Source: Seison nebaliae (Eukaryota). From it: DNA of 58,415 bases. The translations under genes and the position numbers were made by a program. Position 1 is the first letter of the stretch; each line of letters starts with the position of its first letter. The notes beneath the pieces are model-generated. The model worked only from the letters and a program-made list of their open reading frames with translations. It did no database searches and had not been told where the DNA came from. The stretch lies in assembly GCA_023231475.1 (NCBI GenBank), contig JALJEE010001240.1, positions 1 to 58,415 of the forward strand. Direction: 5' to 3'. Below are positions 25,473-38,622 of this stretch, in pieces.

Positions 25473-26431
25473 TTAATTGGTAATACTTTCATATGAAAAT
25501 TTGGCAGGAGAATCCAATGCAATTTGGATTTCTCCCCTCGCTTTCTCCATTACTCCGATAGCTAAATGGGCGAGAAGTCCCTCCGTATCGAAACGATAAG
25601 TACTTTTAAGTTTCTCATAAATTTCAGCTTCTGCTGCATATTCTGATTTGATAGCTTCGGCTTGTTTCTCTGCTGATTGAACAAGAATTTCTGCATCATT
25701 CATCGCTCGTTGTTTTTGGATGATGGCATCTTTTTGCGCTTTCACTAATTCAGTATTGGCAATTGTCATTTTTTTCGGTCGCTCTTTTATTGCCACATCG
25801 ATCTTTTCTTTTGCATGTTCTTTCTCTTGAACGGCATTATCGAACTGATAAGGTCGTCGAATGTCACTGACTTGGAGATCGGCGACAGTACATGAGAATT
25901 GATTCAAATAAGTCTCTGTAACATTTTGCATGTCCATCTGGAATTGTAGTCGAAGATTCTGATATTCACTCGTATCATATTTCACACATGTCTCGTGAAT
26001 AGCGGCAAGTGCTACTTGTCGGAGAACGTCGACACATTCGTCATGATCTTTGAATTCTTTGACGACTTGAATAATTGAATCAATCTGGAATTTGTATTGA
26101 AAAGCGACATCTAAATTAATGTTGACTCCATCCGAATTCATACAGATGACATCGTCAAATGTCATCGTTTTGTAGATGGAGGGAAAGATGAGGAATTTGA
26201 AACCGATCGGTCCCACATGTAATCCCTGTCGCATCACATTATTACCCAATTTCTTCCAAATCGTATCATATTTTATTCCAACTAAATGTCAAAGAAGAAT
26301 AAAAAGATTGAAAGAATCAAATGAAAACGTTCAGTTGTACTCAATTTACGGAACGATGAAGCAACCAATGCTATTATCACAATAATAACAGCGAGCACTA
26401 TTCCAATAATTCCACCTGCTACTTTCTTCAT
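25473..26431 (-). CDS. SPFH/band-7 (prohibitin-domain) membrane protein, 2 exons
   Basis: Exon 1 MKKVAGGIIGIVLAVIIVIIALVASSF (TM) splices to GIKYD..GLHVGP..DGVNINLDVAFQY..VADLQVSDI, followed by an Ala/Glu coiled coil. Confidence 0.85.
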
Positions 26432-27828
26432 ATTCCTATTCACAAACAGGAAAACAAAACAACAGGATAATTATGAAATCTCATTATTATGCAACTATGG
26501 TCAAGTAAAAATTATTGGTAATAATTCATTTTAATTTTAATTTCTAAACCTCTTATATTATTCAATTTTTGGCGTAGAAGAATTCGTATTTTCTCTTTAC
26601 AATTAGTTCTCCATCTCCAGTTAATATTTCTCATTCTCTCAAATTCATTTTTTCTCTTTAATCAATTAACTTTCGTCAAAGCGAACAAGAAAAGTTTAGT
26701 GTAAATTGTGAAAGAAATATAAAATTTAATATTATTTTTTAAAATAAAAACACAAAAGTTATATAGAAAAATAAGAAAATTTTATAATTTATTCATTCGA
26801 TTTAACTCTCAACCAATTCGATATATACCGAATTTTGTTGAAGATATTGAACGATACAGATGAACAAAGTCTTCATAGACAGTCTATTAATGTATTAAAT
26901 AAAAGGATCTAGTCAAGTCGATATTAACGAATTAATGATTAATTTAATGTTAATGTTTTAGACGGCACGATTATTCATCGAATAGTTGCTGATTCTTATA
27001 ATGTCTGGAAGTAGATGTCTGGATTCCTATGAGGTTCGGAAGACTACATTAATATATTTATTAACAATTGAAGTTTCCATGGAAGATTTAATAAGAGTGT
27101 ATGAAGAATTGTATAAAAATAGCCATATATTTCTCTTGAATTTAGCTCAAGTTAATATGAGAGTAAAGAACTAGAGAAAAACTATTACAATTACTAATCG
27201 AACTAAATTTCATATACAACAATTGGCTCAGACACTCTTACTCTGTTAGATATTAAGCATGACACTATTTTGTTAACTGGAGAATATTCGGCATTATTAG
27301 CTCGATATCTTACCGTCAGTCTCATTGGGCAGTTGTAATAAGTGTGGGAATTCTATTCTCCGAGAATAATTCTCGTCTACAAAACATCTGATGAACCTTA
27401 TATCTTATACGAGCATTATTATATTCGATACTCGTTTTTCGAGACGTTAGTAACAGTTTAAAAATGTATTTTTCCCTGGGAAAATTTATAGAACAGTTTG
27501 ATTATAGTTTGATTTGGCATTATTATATTATAAACTTTCTAATAAATTTATTGAGAATGAATGAATGAATATAAAATATATAAATATAAATACAAAATGA
27601 AAAAAAATAGTTGCAAATATGAAAAAAATGATAAAATTCATCGGTACTTATCTTTAAATCATCTTTCTCTAATGTTTCTTTCTAACTGAACTCGAACATA
27701 ATAGAAAATCAGCTGGAAAATTTCCCTCATAATCGTCAATAGAATTGTAGATAAATTATATCGTCGTCTATTGAGATTACGATAAAAAATTGTACATTAC
27801 CTCATTAATGAGAACTCATGTTAATGTT

Positions 27829-28932
27829 TCATCCAACTAATTTCGGTTTTCGCACTTTATATTTTTCGTGCGCTCGAACGTAGAATTCCGTCCAAGATCC
27901 TTGATAAAACGAATGAACACATTTCTTCTTTTACAAATTATATCTAACTGCATATACAGGCATTCGGTAGCCCATGTACATGTCATCATTGAATACTTCT
28001 GTCAAATAGTGAAGGGCTAATGATAACGACGTCGTTGACGTTCCTGTCATAGAAGAGGTGATGTAATTTCCTTTTAACTCAACCGTTCTTTCATCCATTG
28101 GTTCCATTTGAATTTTAGAATTCGCTAGCAAACTAATGAGATCTTTCCTCGTTTTCAAAAATCCTATTTTAAAAATTGAAGAAAACTTCAATTTAGAAAA
28201 CCATCAGAAAACCTGTGCTCTTATCAAATAATGAGGAATATGGTAAATTAATCGAATGCTTAATATGTTGACTGTCGAAAGCTTCTCGACTTCTTGTATC
28301 AACGACGATCTCTTTTCTAACTTCATCCTGATCATGAATGGTATTGAGAATTTGGTGGAAATTTCGTCTCCTAACGGTTTTCGTCTTCGTGCTGTATTTC
28401 CAATTCTAGAAATTTGAATGAAGTGAAGAAGATGAAATTAATGTTACCCCATTCTCCATCGTATATCCTACGCCTCTTTCTAGTTAACCTACGTTCCTCA
28501 TCAACACACTAACGTTCTCGTGTCCGAACATCTTCGATGAAATTGATGATGGATTGAAATTGAGAAGAAAAGAACTTTAAATGTCCAGAATGCTTTGGAT
28601 GCAGTTTGAAAGCCGAATTGCGAACGATCATAAAGGACGACATGGTCGCGTCGATTTAAACCAACCTCATATTTACAGTATGATTCAAAATCGCGAGCAA
28701 ATGGGAATGGTTTCGGATAGAGGCGACAAGGCCTCGTCACTGCAAACAAATCGAAATATTGGGCTTTCGGGATGTGCACCTGCTTAAACTCATCCTTCAT
28801 GTTTACTTTCGGACTTGGCGAGCGCGAAACGTCCAAGATCCGTATTGCCTTAGGAATGTTGTTCCTGTCTAGTGAACCCTTCATGATATTCTCCAGGAAA
28901 TTGGGCTTTATTATACAAGAAAGTAAAGACAT
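27829..28932 (-). pseudogene. Thiosulfate/3-mercaptopyruvate sulfurtransferase (tandem rhodanese) pseudogene
   Basis: Family motifs: RILDVS, HIPKAQYFD, HVVLYD, FWTFK|MFGHENVSVL, VVDTRS, HIKHSINLPY, GSWTEF. Lesions: in-frame TAA at 28484-28486, loss of the NGG motif, Ser at the catalytic Cys position (TSSMTGTS) and an out-of-phase last intron. Confidence 0.8.
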
Positions 28933-29559
28933 ATTGATCTTCAATAAAAAAAAAGAGGATCACTTTTATCTGAATTAAATGCTAACCTAATTTCCCAATA
29001 GAATATCCCAACAATCGGTAATGAGTAGTGAATATGTTATTAAATAAGTTATTGATAGGTTAGTTTTTATACTATACAAAATATAAGTAACTTAATCGAA
29101 TAGTACTTACTAGTTAAGAATTAAAAAGAAGTGGGTTGAGATGAAATAATATTTATGCAAGTTACTCTTTGTTTCATTTCAATTGAATTCTAAACCTAAT
29201 ATAGTCAGTGGAAATCGGTTGAAATACGAATTAACAGTTGATTCAATCAAATTTTGCGCACGAAAAAACTACTCTAACAATATTCTTCCAAATTCTTCGG
29301 TTCATTTTAAATTATCATCTATTATTTTATTAGCAATACCGAATTATTTGCTATTTGTTAGTTCGTGTTTTTATCAAATGAACTAGAGAGATTTTATAAC
29401 ATATTATTTCTTTATCATAACTCCTTAATGAAATTATTGCAAACGAACAGAAGTCTTATTTTGAGTAAATTTAATAAATTGAATAGAAGTTAAAAAGACG
29501 GAAAATAAATTATCGGTTATCTGAGAAATTAGAAATGAGAGTTAGTTTGCAATTTTTGA

Positions 29560-30320
29560 TTATAAATATATCATAAACATGATCATGTCGATTTAATCCG
29601 ATTTAAAATTTACAGTAAAATTCAAAATCGGGGAGTAGCATAGATAGCAGGTTTCGGATAGAGATGACAAGTCTTCGTCGCTCCAATTAGATGGAAGTTT
29701 TGAGATTTTGGGATGTGTTTCTGCATAAACTCATCTTTCATGTTTACTTTCAGATTTTGCGAGCAAAAACCGTCCAAGATCCGGATTGTCTTCCATGATA
29801 ATCTCGAGGAAGTTCTGATATGATGATCTTCAATGAATAAGAAGCTCACTTTCATTTGAATTAAATGCAAACCTAATTTCGAATAACTAGTATCACTATC
29901 CGATATAAGCTAGATATTAGCTTTATATTCTCCACCAACTTTGCCTCCTTTTATCATCAAACCGAACAGACCACCGTTCAACACATTGACGTTTTCATAT
30001 CCAAACATCTTTGCACGAATTGATGATGGATTGATAAAACTCTTTACGAAATATAAGTTTATTGAATTAGAGTTACAATGAGACACTGTTAGAATGAAAA
30101 AGTAAACTTGTTGAAATGAAATAATGTCTACTTAAATTGCTATTTTTACAATTTTAATTCACTTATATACTAATTCAACTGAAACTCATCAGTTGATTCA
30201 ATTCGCGCGCAATTAACTGCTAAAAATTTAACTAATTTCCATTTTAATTACAATCTACTTTTTTTTAGCTATACAGAATTATTTGCTATTTGGTTATTTT
30301 TGTTTATGAACGATCTTTGG
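29560..30320 (-). pseudogene. Rearranged partial duplicate of the rhodanese gene plus its upstream region
   Basis: KVNMKDEF..HIPKSQNFHL..LYPKP and MFGYENVNVLNGGLFG match the 27829-28932 copy. Region 30050-30320 resembles 29040-29390. Confidence 0.85.
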
Positions 30321-30670
30321 TAGAAGGATCATGAATTGAAAAGACTTTTTTTAATTTACTTCATTATTTCTTTCTCCCAAAAGAAAGGAGAGAATGGAAT
30401 AGAAGTTTTTCGGAAGAACGTGAGAGGAATAATTAATTGAGATCCACATGGTCAAATGACGTATCGTGAACAATGGAGTGATTCATGGAGGAACAATGGA
30501 ACACTGACACGATTCGAAAGAAGACAAGTTCCCTGTCAAACGGTTGAGAACGAGTACTATAAAAACCAAACAAAAAAATAATAAGCACAAAATTGTAAGT
30601 AATAATAAAAATTGTTTCAATATATTTTTCATATTAAGAAATTAATTATTAATCATTTTAATAAATATCC

Positions 30671-31810
30671 TTATTACATTATTTTATTATTATTTATTAT
30701 CAAAAGTCCTGTCGGGATCAATTGGAAAAAAGATTAAAAAATGCCGGTCCTCACCAATGTTGATCAAGTGGTGTAAGTCGATAAGAGTTTCTTGATTAAT
30801 TGGAGAAGGCGTGATCGGATCGTAAGAAAAAATGAAGTCCTTAAAATCGGGAATTAGAATATCTCGTGATAAATCGTAGTATCGAATAGTATGAGAAAAG
30901 ATTGAGTGAACTTGGAAAGCATTATTATAAGTAGTAAAAGAAGTGAGAGGATTCGAAACTGAAATTTTGTCTAGGAGAGAAAAAATTCGACGAGAAAAGA
31001 TAATAGGCAGTGTAAGAAACCAACGGTGGCGAAGAGTATGATTGAGAGAACGATTGCACCCGTTGAAACAACAGACTAATCTCCCGAATTAAATATCCTG
31101 AATATTATCTGAATATATCCTGACAGACTTAAGTCTGTCTATATATAAGTCTGTCGAATAATTATCTCCTGGAAGAAATAAACTCTTAAAAAGTTGTAGA
31201 TATAATTTTAAAGGATCGAAATTCGTCTTGGAAGAGAAAGAGAAAAATGATCTGCATAATTTGTTTAGAAGCGGACGTTACCCTTGGATACGTAGATTGA
31301 CTGTTCAAAAGAGATGGGCCGGAGATTTTCATGGAAATATCGGATGGATTATTGACAAATTTGATACATCAGTCCCTAAGAAAAACGTTTGTTGTTGGAA
31401 AGAAAAAAAATGGACGGATATGGGTTCTTTCCAGCTAAAGAACGGGATCAAGTAATTTATTCAAGTTGTTAGCAGTAAACCAAATGATGAACGAACGCAG
31501 CATGTTGGGAAAATCGTCGAGTTTTTTGCTTCTCATTCGCCATAACTTACAAATTGTTAGAGAAACTCAGATCAGATTCTGCTGACGTAGACCGTGAATT
31601 GAGGACCACTTAGTGGATAACTTCTCACTTACTTCTAAAGATTGAGACGAAGGCGATAGTCGTTCACTGAAATGAAGTTCGTCGGTTCGGCAACTACTTC
31701 GTCTTTTACGATAGACTGTATTTTTTTTCCAATAATTCATACAACAACCGTTTGATTTCGGATAATTCTGTCAATATGTCTCTTTGGTTCAAATTCGGTT
31801 TCGGAACTTT
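30671..31810 (-). mobile_element. Internally deleted LINE copy (same family as 55075-57360)
   Basis: Translates to NKLCRSFFSFS..LQLFKSLFLP and RLVCCF..IFSHTIRYY..DFIFSYDP..LHHLINIGEDR, matching the C-terminus of ORF 55998-57281. It has a TAA-rich 3' tail and an ORF1-like DDFPNMLRSFII segment upstream. Confidence 0.8.
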
Positions 31811-32322
31811 TATACGGAATATTATTCATGAATAAAAATTGAAAGTTAAATATTTAATTTTACAATTAGTAAACAATTCTTACAAAATACATTGATCACT
31901 TCATTTAATATGGGAAATTTTTGAAATTTTACAATTTTTATTGAGAATTTGCAAAAAAAAGAATAAGAATAATTTTGAGAAATTTGTGATTTAGATATGA
32001 CAATTAAATAATAACCGATATTTCTCGTTGATGCGATGTAAAATGACCGGACAAAAATGAGTTTAATGAGACGTGTTTTAAATGTGAAAGTTAGAATGTT
32101 TTTCGTATTTTCTATTTCGTTCTGTGTTTTCACTAAGCGATGTTAATGGGAAGTTGATAAATTCATAAGAATCTGAATCAAGATTAAATGAAAAGACAAA
32201 ATTTTTGCATTTACCTCTGTTTTTTCTTTTTTTTTTATTCTATTTGTTTTGTTCTGAAGGAAAGACATTAATTGAAACTCTTATTAACTTTCTCACATCT
32301 TATTCGATTTCATTTTGTAATC

Positions 32323-34138
32323 ATGCCTAATCCCACCGATCATATTATGCCACCAGATAACGAACTAAAATTGATTTGTGCTCAAATCATCTTTCGTCAT
32401 GGTGCCCGAACACCTCTACGTATTTGTCAGGGAATTGAACAAGTATTTCTCACATTCCTTTTCGACACTTTAACAATTTTTTCCTTCTTCACAGGCCAAT
32501 TGGGATCGAAGGAAATTTATGACACCATATCGTCGAATAAACAACAATTATAAATGTATCGATATGCAAGGACGTATTCTACCCACAAGTTCAGTGGACA
32601 CTATTTACCAGAAAGTTTTTCTAAAAGTTTTCATTTAATTTGTGGGAAATATAGAAATTATTAAACGAATTTGTAGGGAGGCTCCAATCCTGGTCAATTG
32701 ACAAGTTTAGGACAGAAACAATTGTTCATGTTAGGACGAATGTTGAGGAAACGTTATGTGGAGGAATTTCCTCTAATTTCTGAAAATTATCAACCTACTG
32801 AAATTTTGTTAATTTTCAAATTAAAGTTTCAAATAATAACTTTCGATAATAATAATTAGTGCTCGATCAACGAATATCGTACGAACATTACTTTCTTGTC
32901 GTTCGTTATTAGCTGGAATGTATCAAGATTCCGATGGAAATATGTATTATACACCAGGTGAAATTTCCATTCATTCCATTTTTAATATTTGAAAATTCCA
33001 TTCACAAATGTTAAATAGAACAACAATTTATTATTCGAGTGGAAGATCCTGAATATGAGATTCTTTATCCAAATCCAGGACAATGTCGACCGTTGAAAGA
33101 AATGAGTTTCAAAGGATGGACAATACTCCCACAAGTCCTTCCATCATTCCAACGAGATAAGAATGCCATCGAAAATATTTTAGGTTCCTCCTTCAACTAT
33201 TTCCAAATTATAATTATTAAAAATATTATAAATTCATTATTATTATAATTTTCCTTTAGGTATTCCAAGTAATCGATTGAATGTAACTGATTTACGTGAT
33301 GATTTAGTAGCAAGGAAAGTTTGAATTTGATAGAAATATGAGGAATTTAATTTGAAATATGATCAGGCTCATAATCTACAAATGCCATCAAGAATTGAAG
33401 GATGGTTATCAACCATCGATATGTATGCAACCAAAATCCATCTCAACGTTTCTCATGGAAGTATTCCCAGGTGAGAATAATTGATTTTCCATTAATAATT
33501 CATTATTTTATTTAGTGAACATCGATTAGCAGAACGGTTATCGATGGGAAGAACAACATGTTTATTGGTAGACAATATGATGGAGGCGATAGACAAATCA
33601 AAACAAGCACTACCAATCAATGGGTTTATTTTTCTAACATTTATTTATTATTTAATTTATTATTATATTTAAAAAGATATCGATTATTTCTTTATTCTTG
33701 TCATGACTCATCGATATTCCCTTATCTCTGCGTATTCAATATGGATGACAAACGTTGGCCACCGTTTGCCAGTGACGTTACTTTCGAATTATATCTACAT
33801 CCGCCGACTTCTCGATATTATGTTAAATTATTCTATTGTGGACAAGTTCAATTAGATATTCCCAATTTATCATTAACATTATTTGATAGGAACAAGTTAT
33901 TCCTGGTATGAGTCACTCCGTTTGTCTATTGGAGAAGTTTCTGGATTTCATTCAACCATATATCATGGATCCATTGGAATATCAGGAATATCAAGATATC
34001 TCTCTAGAAGCTGCATGTTCAAATATGAAATAATTTTTTTTTTAAGTTTTAATAATTCATTTTTTTCTCATATTTGTAGTGGTAAAAAATCAGGATTATG
34101 TCAATAAGTCGAAACGTCAAGATCATGCAATCATTTAG
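32323..34138 (+). CDS. ACP6: Lysophosphatidic acid phosphatase type 6-like histidine acid phosphatase, 11 exons
   Basis: Motifs FRHGARTP, GQLTSLG, ARSTNIVRT, LYPN, YSCHDSS and WPPFASDVTFELY are present; ten GT-AG introns restore one frame. Confidence 0.9.
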
Positions 34139-34320
34139 TGAAAGCAGACGATGATTTCACAAATTATTTTAATGTTTCTCTTCCAACCAAAAAATCTTTT
34201 CATTAATTTTTATTAAATAAAATTATATAAATATATCTAGAATAATTATTATCTAATGGAATAGAGAAGAAGAATAATTTCTTTAGCCAAACATTTACAC
34301 CCAATGGAATGATGGAAATT

Positions 34321-36087
34321 TCAAAAATTCTCTTTAACAATTTTCTCTATTTCTTCACTTAATTCTTTCGCTTTCAAATAACTTATGATGGATTCCGCAT
34401 AAATCCTCACAGCGTCTTCAGTACCACTCGGTCGAACAAATGAACGACACGAATCTTTATTCACCATATTATGATTTTCAATAATTTTATCGATCAATTC
34501 CTGAATTTGAATTGGTCCGATAATTTTTAATTCGTTCTCACTCGTCTTAATTGCGTATCGATCTTTAACGATTAATTTTGAAAGATGGAAATAATTATCG
34601 AGATAAATTTCACTCCACGCCACTGCACTATGTCGTGAAGAGTTGGATGGATAATGATATTGGAGAAGAATTTCCACACAAATCATATTTGTAATTGCAT
34701 CGCCAATAGAACGATTGATGATATTGGAGAATAATCTTAATAAAGTTCGCGATTCTTTTACTTCCTTCTTCTTTATCATCTCCACATTCTTCTCTGATAC
34801 TTTCTCATAAAATTTCTGTGAGAATAAAATGGTTCCATGACCGTTCGCTTCGAAATAAATGGAAATATCATATTTCATTCCTTCACGATGTAAATATTTC
34901 ACTCCCGTTTTCGTCAATGAAGTTCCGATATTTTCTTTCTCATTCAAATATTTCGTCGACGCTCCATTCGCATAACCCGTTTGAATACAACGGAATGTTA
35001 ATTGGTCCTTCAATTCAGCTTCTTTCAACCATCGATTGAGAGTTTTGGCGAAAATAATCAGGATTTTATCACCATCCAATAAAATGAATTTATCATTTTC
35101 TGATTTGTAAGAATAAATTATTCGATCAGCATCACCATCAAATGAGCAACAACGATCATTTATCTGGTAAGGTGGCGAGAGTTTGGATGAAAATAATCCA
35201 GAAGGAAATGTTTGTTGCGTTTTCACAAAATCTGCTCCACAATCCACATTTAATGTAGTACCTAAAAATTAATAATTATTTAAAAAACTTCCTTCGAAAA
35301 ATTACGAACAACAATCAGAAGATTGACGAGTGTCATCAATTAGTTCATAATTAAATTTAAAATTTCCATCAATTTTTTCAAATTTATCATTAATATCATC
35401 TAGCAATCGTTTGACTGTCGGCCCTCCAATTCCGTTGGCAGCGTCAATAAATAATTTATTTTGATGATTTTTATTATTCAATTGTAAAACGTTTAATAAT
35501 TTCACGGTATTTTCCACGAAATCTTCTTTGTAAATATTTTTCACTTTTTCAACGGGAATTTTTTCGTTAATTCTCATCACTCCATAATGAAGTTTTGGTG
35601 TTGTCACTTCACCAATATTAATAAAAGAAATTGTTAATCGTTTAAATATCTTTTCAATAATTCCCAAAAATCGCTGAGTTGATGGTCTCGTATCTCCACC
35701 AATTATCACTAATGATTTTCCTTTGCCATCCAGTTGATCAGGATAAGTTTTCCAAAGGAAATCTAACGATTTGTCAATTGAAGTTATTTTGATGAATTCA
35801 TCTAAATTACTCTCTGATTTCAAATTCAACATTCCCCCATCAATATCGACGATTTTTATTCCGTTATCTTCCACCGGATTATGAGACGCTGTCACAATAA
35901 TTCCCATCGCGTCATTGGGATGTGTTTGGGATTCCAATGACATAAAACATGTCGTCCAAGCGACAATTGGATCTAAATATTTCGAATTAGCTCGAAATCC
36001 TGCCGTTCCATAACTCCGAACTTTTCCCGGAATATCATTCAACGGATACTCATTAAGAACTTCTCCCAGTATCTTCTTGAACGTCAT
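34321..36087 (-). CDS. PGM3: Phosphoacetylglucosamine mutase, 2 coding exons (intron 35262-35309)
   Basis: Motifs YGTAGFR, TASHNP, DTRPS, DAANGIG, LNVDCGADFVK, DGDADR, YFEANGHGT and FVRPSGTEDAVRIYAE. Confidence 0.95.
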
Positions 36088-36558
36088 TATTTTCAAATTA
36101 TTTTCCTGAAAAGAATTTAATAATTTCTCTCAAATTTAAAAACTTGAAGTTTTCTCCAGAACGGCTATCAAGTTGAACTGGAATCAAAATATTTCTTTCT
36201 CTTCAAACGATTCTCATGTATTTGATTTCTTATCGAGAAATCTATAAAGGAAATGATGTGAAAAAGATGGTATTATGTGATGGTGTCAAACAGATGTTAA
36301 GACCCTATAAATATCAACTACTTTAAATGTCATGAATTAAATGTCAAGAGTGAAATATCAGAAAAGTAATCCAGATAGGTTTAATACTGTAGGAAAGAAG
36401 AATAATTTCCGGTTAAACTTGTCCACATAATGACATTTTTTTAAATTTATTCTATTAATTATAAGAAATGTGATGGGATATTCGTTATTTACATAGAATT
36501 AAGAAAATATAATAATAATAATATTAAACAAGATTATTGTCGATATACATCTGATATC

Positions 36559-38001
36559 TCATAACGTATATTTATGGACAACGCTTCTAATCCATTCATT
36601 GAATCGACTGATTTTGGTATAAACTCCAAAATTGTTCGGTTTAGCACATCCCCGACCCCAGCTTACTATTCCAGCCAGTATGTAAGGTTGAGTGTTTTTC
36701 TTCTGATTCTTTCTGATTTTGGACGGAATATCAATTGGTCGATCGGTCGGCCACATCGGACAAACTAGAGGGCCTCCACTATCACCTTTACACGCATCGG
36801 CACCACCTGCTACTCGACCTGCACATAAATGGAAATCTTTTATACGATTCGGTCGATGATACTTTTTACATTCCTCCGTCGACACAACTGTTAAATCTGC
36901 GAATTTTATCGTTTTCAATGTCGCTATAATAATAGAAAGAAAATGAAGAAATTTTAAAAAAAGAAATAAAAACCGGATGAAACGATACTTTCAAACTTCT
37001 TGTCGAAAACTTTTTTGAGTAATTTAGGAATTTTATTAATTTGATAAGCTACTGTAGGAGTGTGACCAATGACGGTACAACATCTTTCATCGAAATTTGC
37101 ATTATTTGCTGGTAGTTGAATCATATCGACATAATCATTCAAAATTGCTTCAACTTTTAATTTGTTGGAATTGAATGGAATTTCTTCCGATTTAATATTC
37201 ACAACTTTCTTCTCTTTCGTCCAAACTAATTGAAAACGAGTTTTAAGAAATGTTTTAAATCGTTGCAAAATTGATGGTTTCTTTCGTTTACGAGCTAATT
37301 GAACGAGAACTATATCATTATCATTCCTCGTCAAATTGAAAGTGGCAATATTTCCCCATGCGTCATAATTCGGATGTCGAACAATTCGTCCAATATTAAA
37401 CAATTGTTCATGTCCCTCATCCACACCGATTGTTGTATCACCTAAAGAGATTTGTGAATTCTCATAATATTCTTCATCAGTAAAATATTTGAAACAATGT
37501 GCCGCTGATACGATCCATTGACGATGAATGAGACTACCTCCACAAATATGTTTCCCATTATACAAAATAGCTGCTTGCCATGGAAATCGTTTGATTCCAT
37601 CAAATCGATTTTCGTCGAATGTCAATTCTGTTTTCAAATGACCATCTTCCGTCCGTTTATATTTCCTGATGACAATAAGATCATTTCTCTTCAAATTCGT
37701 TCTTATCGTTTCACTTTTCCATTCTTTCTCTTCTCCTGATTTGTCGATTTTTGACGTTGTCTGTGAAAAAACTTTTTCCGATCTACCATTTATTATCCAA
37801 CGACCGCCAACAATTCTTTTCACTCGATTATGAAATTTTTTCCCAGCGGCACATCCTAAAAATTAATTGAAAATTTGAAAAATAAATAATTGGAAGAGAA
37901 AGATTTAATTAACTTTCAATAACGGCGATATTTGATGGTATTAGACAACTAAGGAATAATAGAATTTTTAATATTCTCTTTATTAACTTCACTATTTTCA
38001 T
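36559..38001 (-). CDS. Secreted trypsin-like S1A serine protease with large loop insertions, 3 exons
   Basis: Signal exon, RVKR|IVGG activation site, [30 protein letters not shown] and GIVSWGRGC. Confidence 0.92.
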
Positions 38002-38622
38002 ATTATTGGAAGACGGAAATGGATTGAGGAATTTGTTTTTTGGAAGTTCCTTATTGGAAATGATTGTTTTAGTAAAAGAGATTTTTTGATGAAAATTTAT
38101 AATTTCGTTTTCAACTGACTGAGAATGATCAAAATTAGAATTGCATATCTCCTTTTTATGTTACGTTGTATCTCCCAATGTTCATCGGAAATCATTCAAT
38201 GACATCAAAGAAAGAACTTGAAGAGAAAAGAATGACAATACCGGAAATTCGAAGTGAATATTAAGAGTAAATTTGACTGAATGTGACATAGCGTCTTTGA
38301 TGAAAAGACTAACAGCGATGACAATGTCGTCAATTGAAAAGGACATTATGATTCTTCACTTCTTAAGATGATCGACGGTAAAGTCGACCTCACAACAATG
38401 TTAGAGAAGAATAAAGCTGATCTATTCAAGTTTATTAGAGGCCGGAAGACGATTCTTCTTCCGTTTCGACGAACGGATAAATATTAACTGACGAGTAAAA
38501 AAAATTAGAGAATTATTTTCGTTTTGTTTCGAAATTTATTACATTGAAGAATCACGGAAATCTGACGAACATTAATGGAAAATTAGAAATTAAATTTCTT
38601 CTTCAATTTCTCATTTAAATTC

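Noticed and set aside
27890..27950. Non-canonical (GT-AA or TT-AG) intron in the rhodanese gene
   Set aside because: More simply explained by loss of one G in a gene that is already pseudogenised.
23536..36087. Chitin gene cluster (CBM14 protein plus PGM3)
   Set aside because: The genes are about 10 kb apart with unrelated genes between, and PGM3 is housekeeping.
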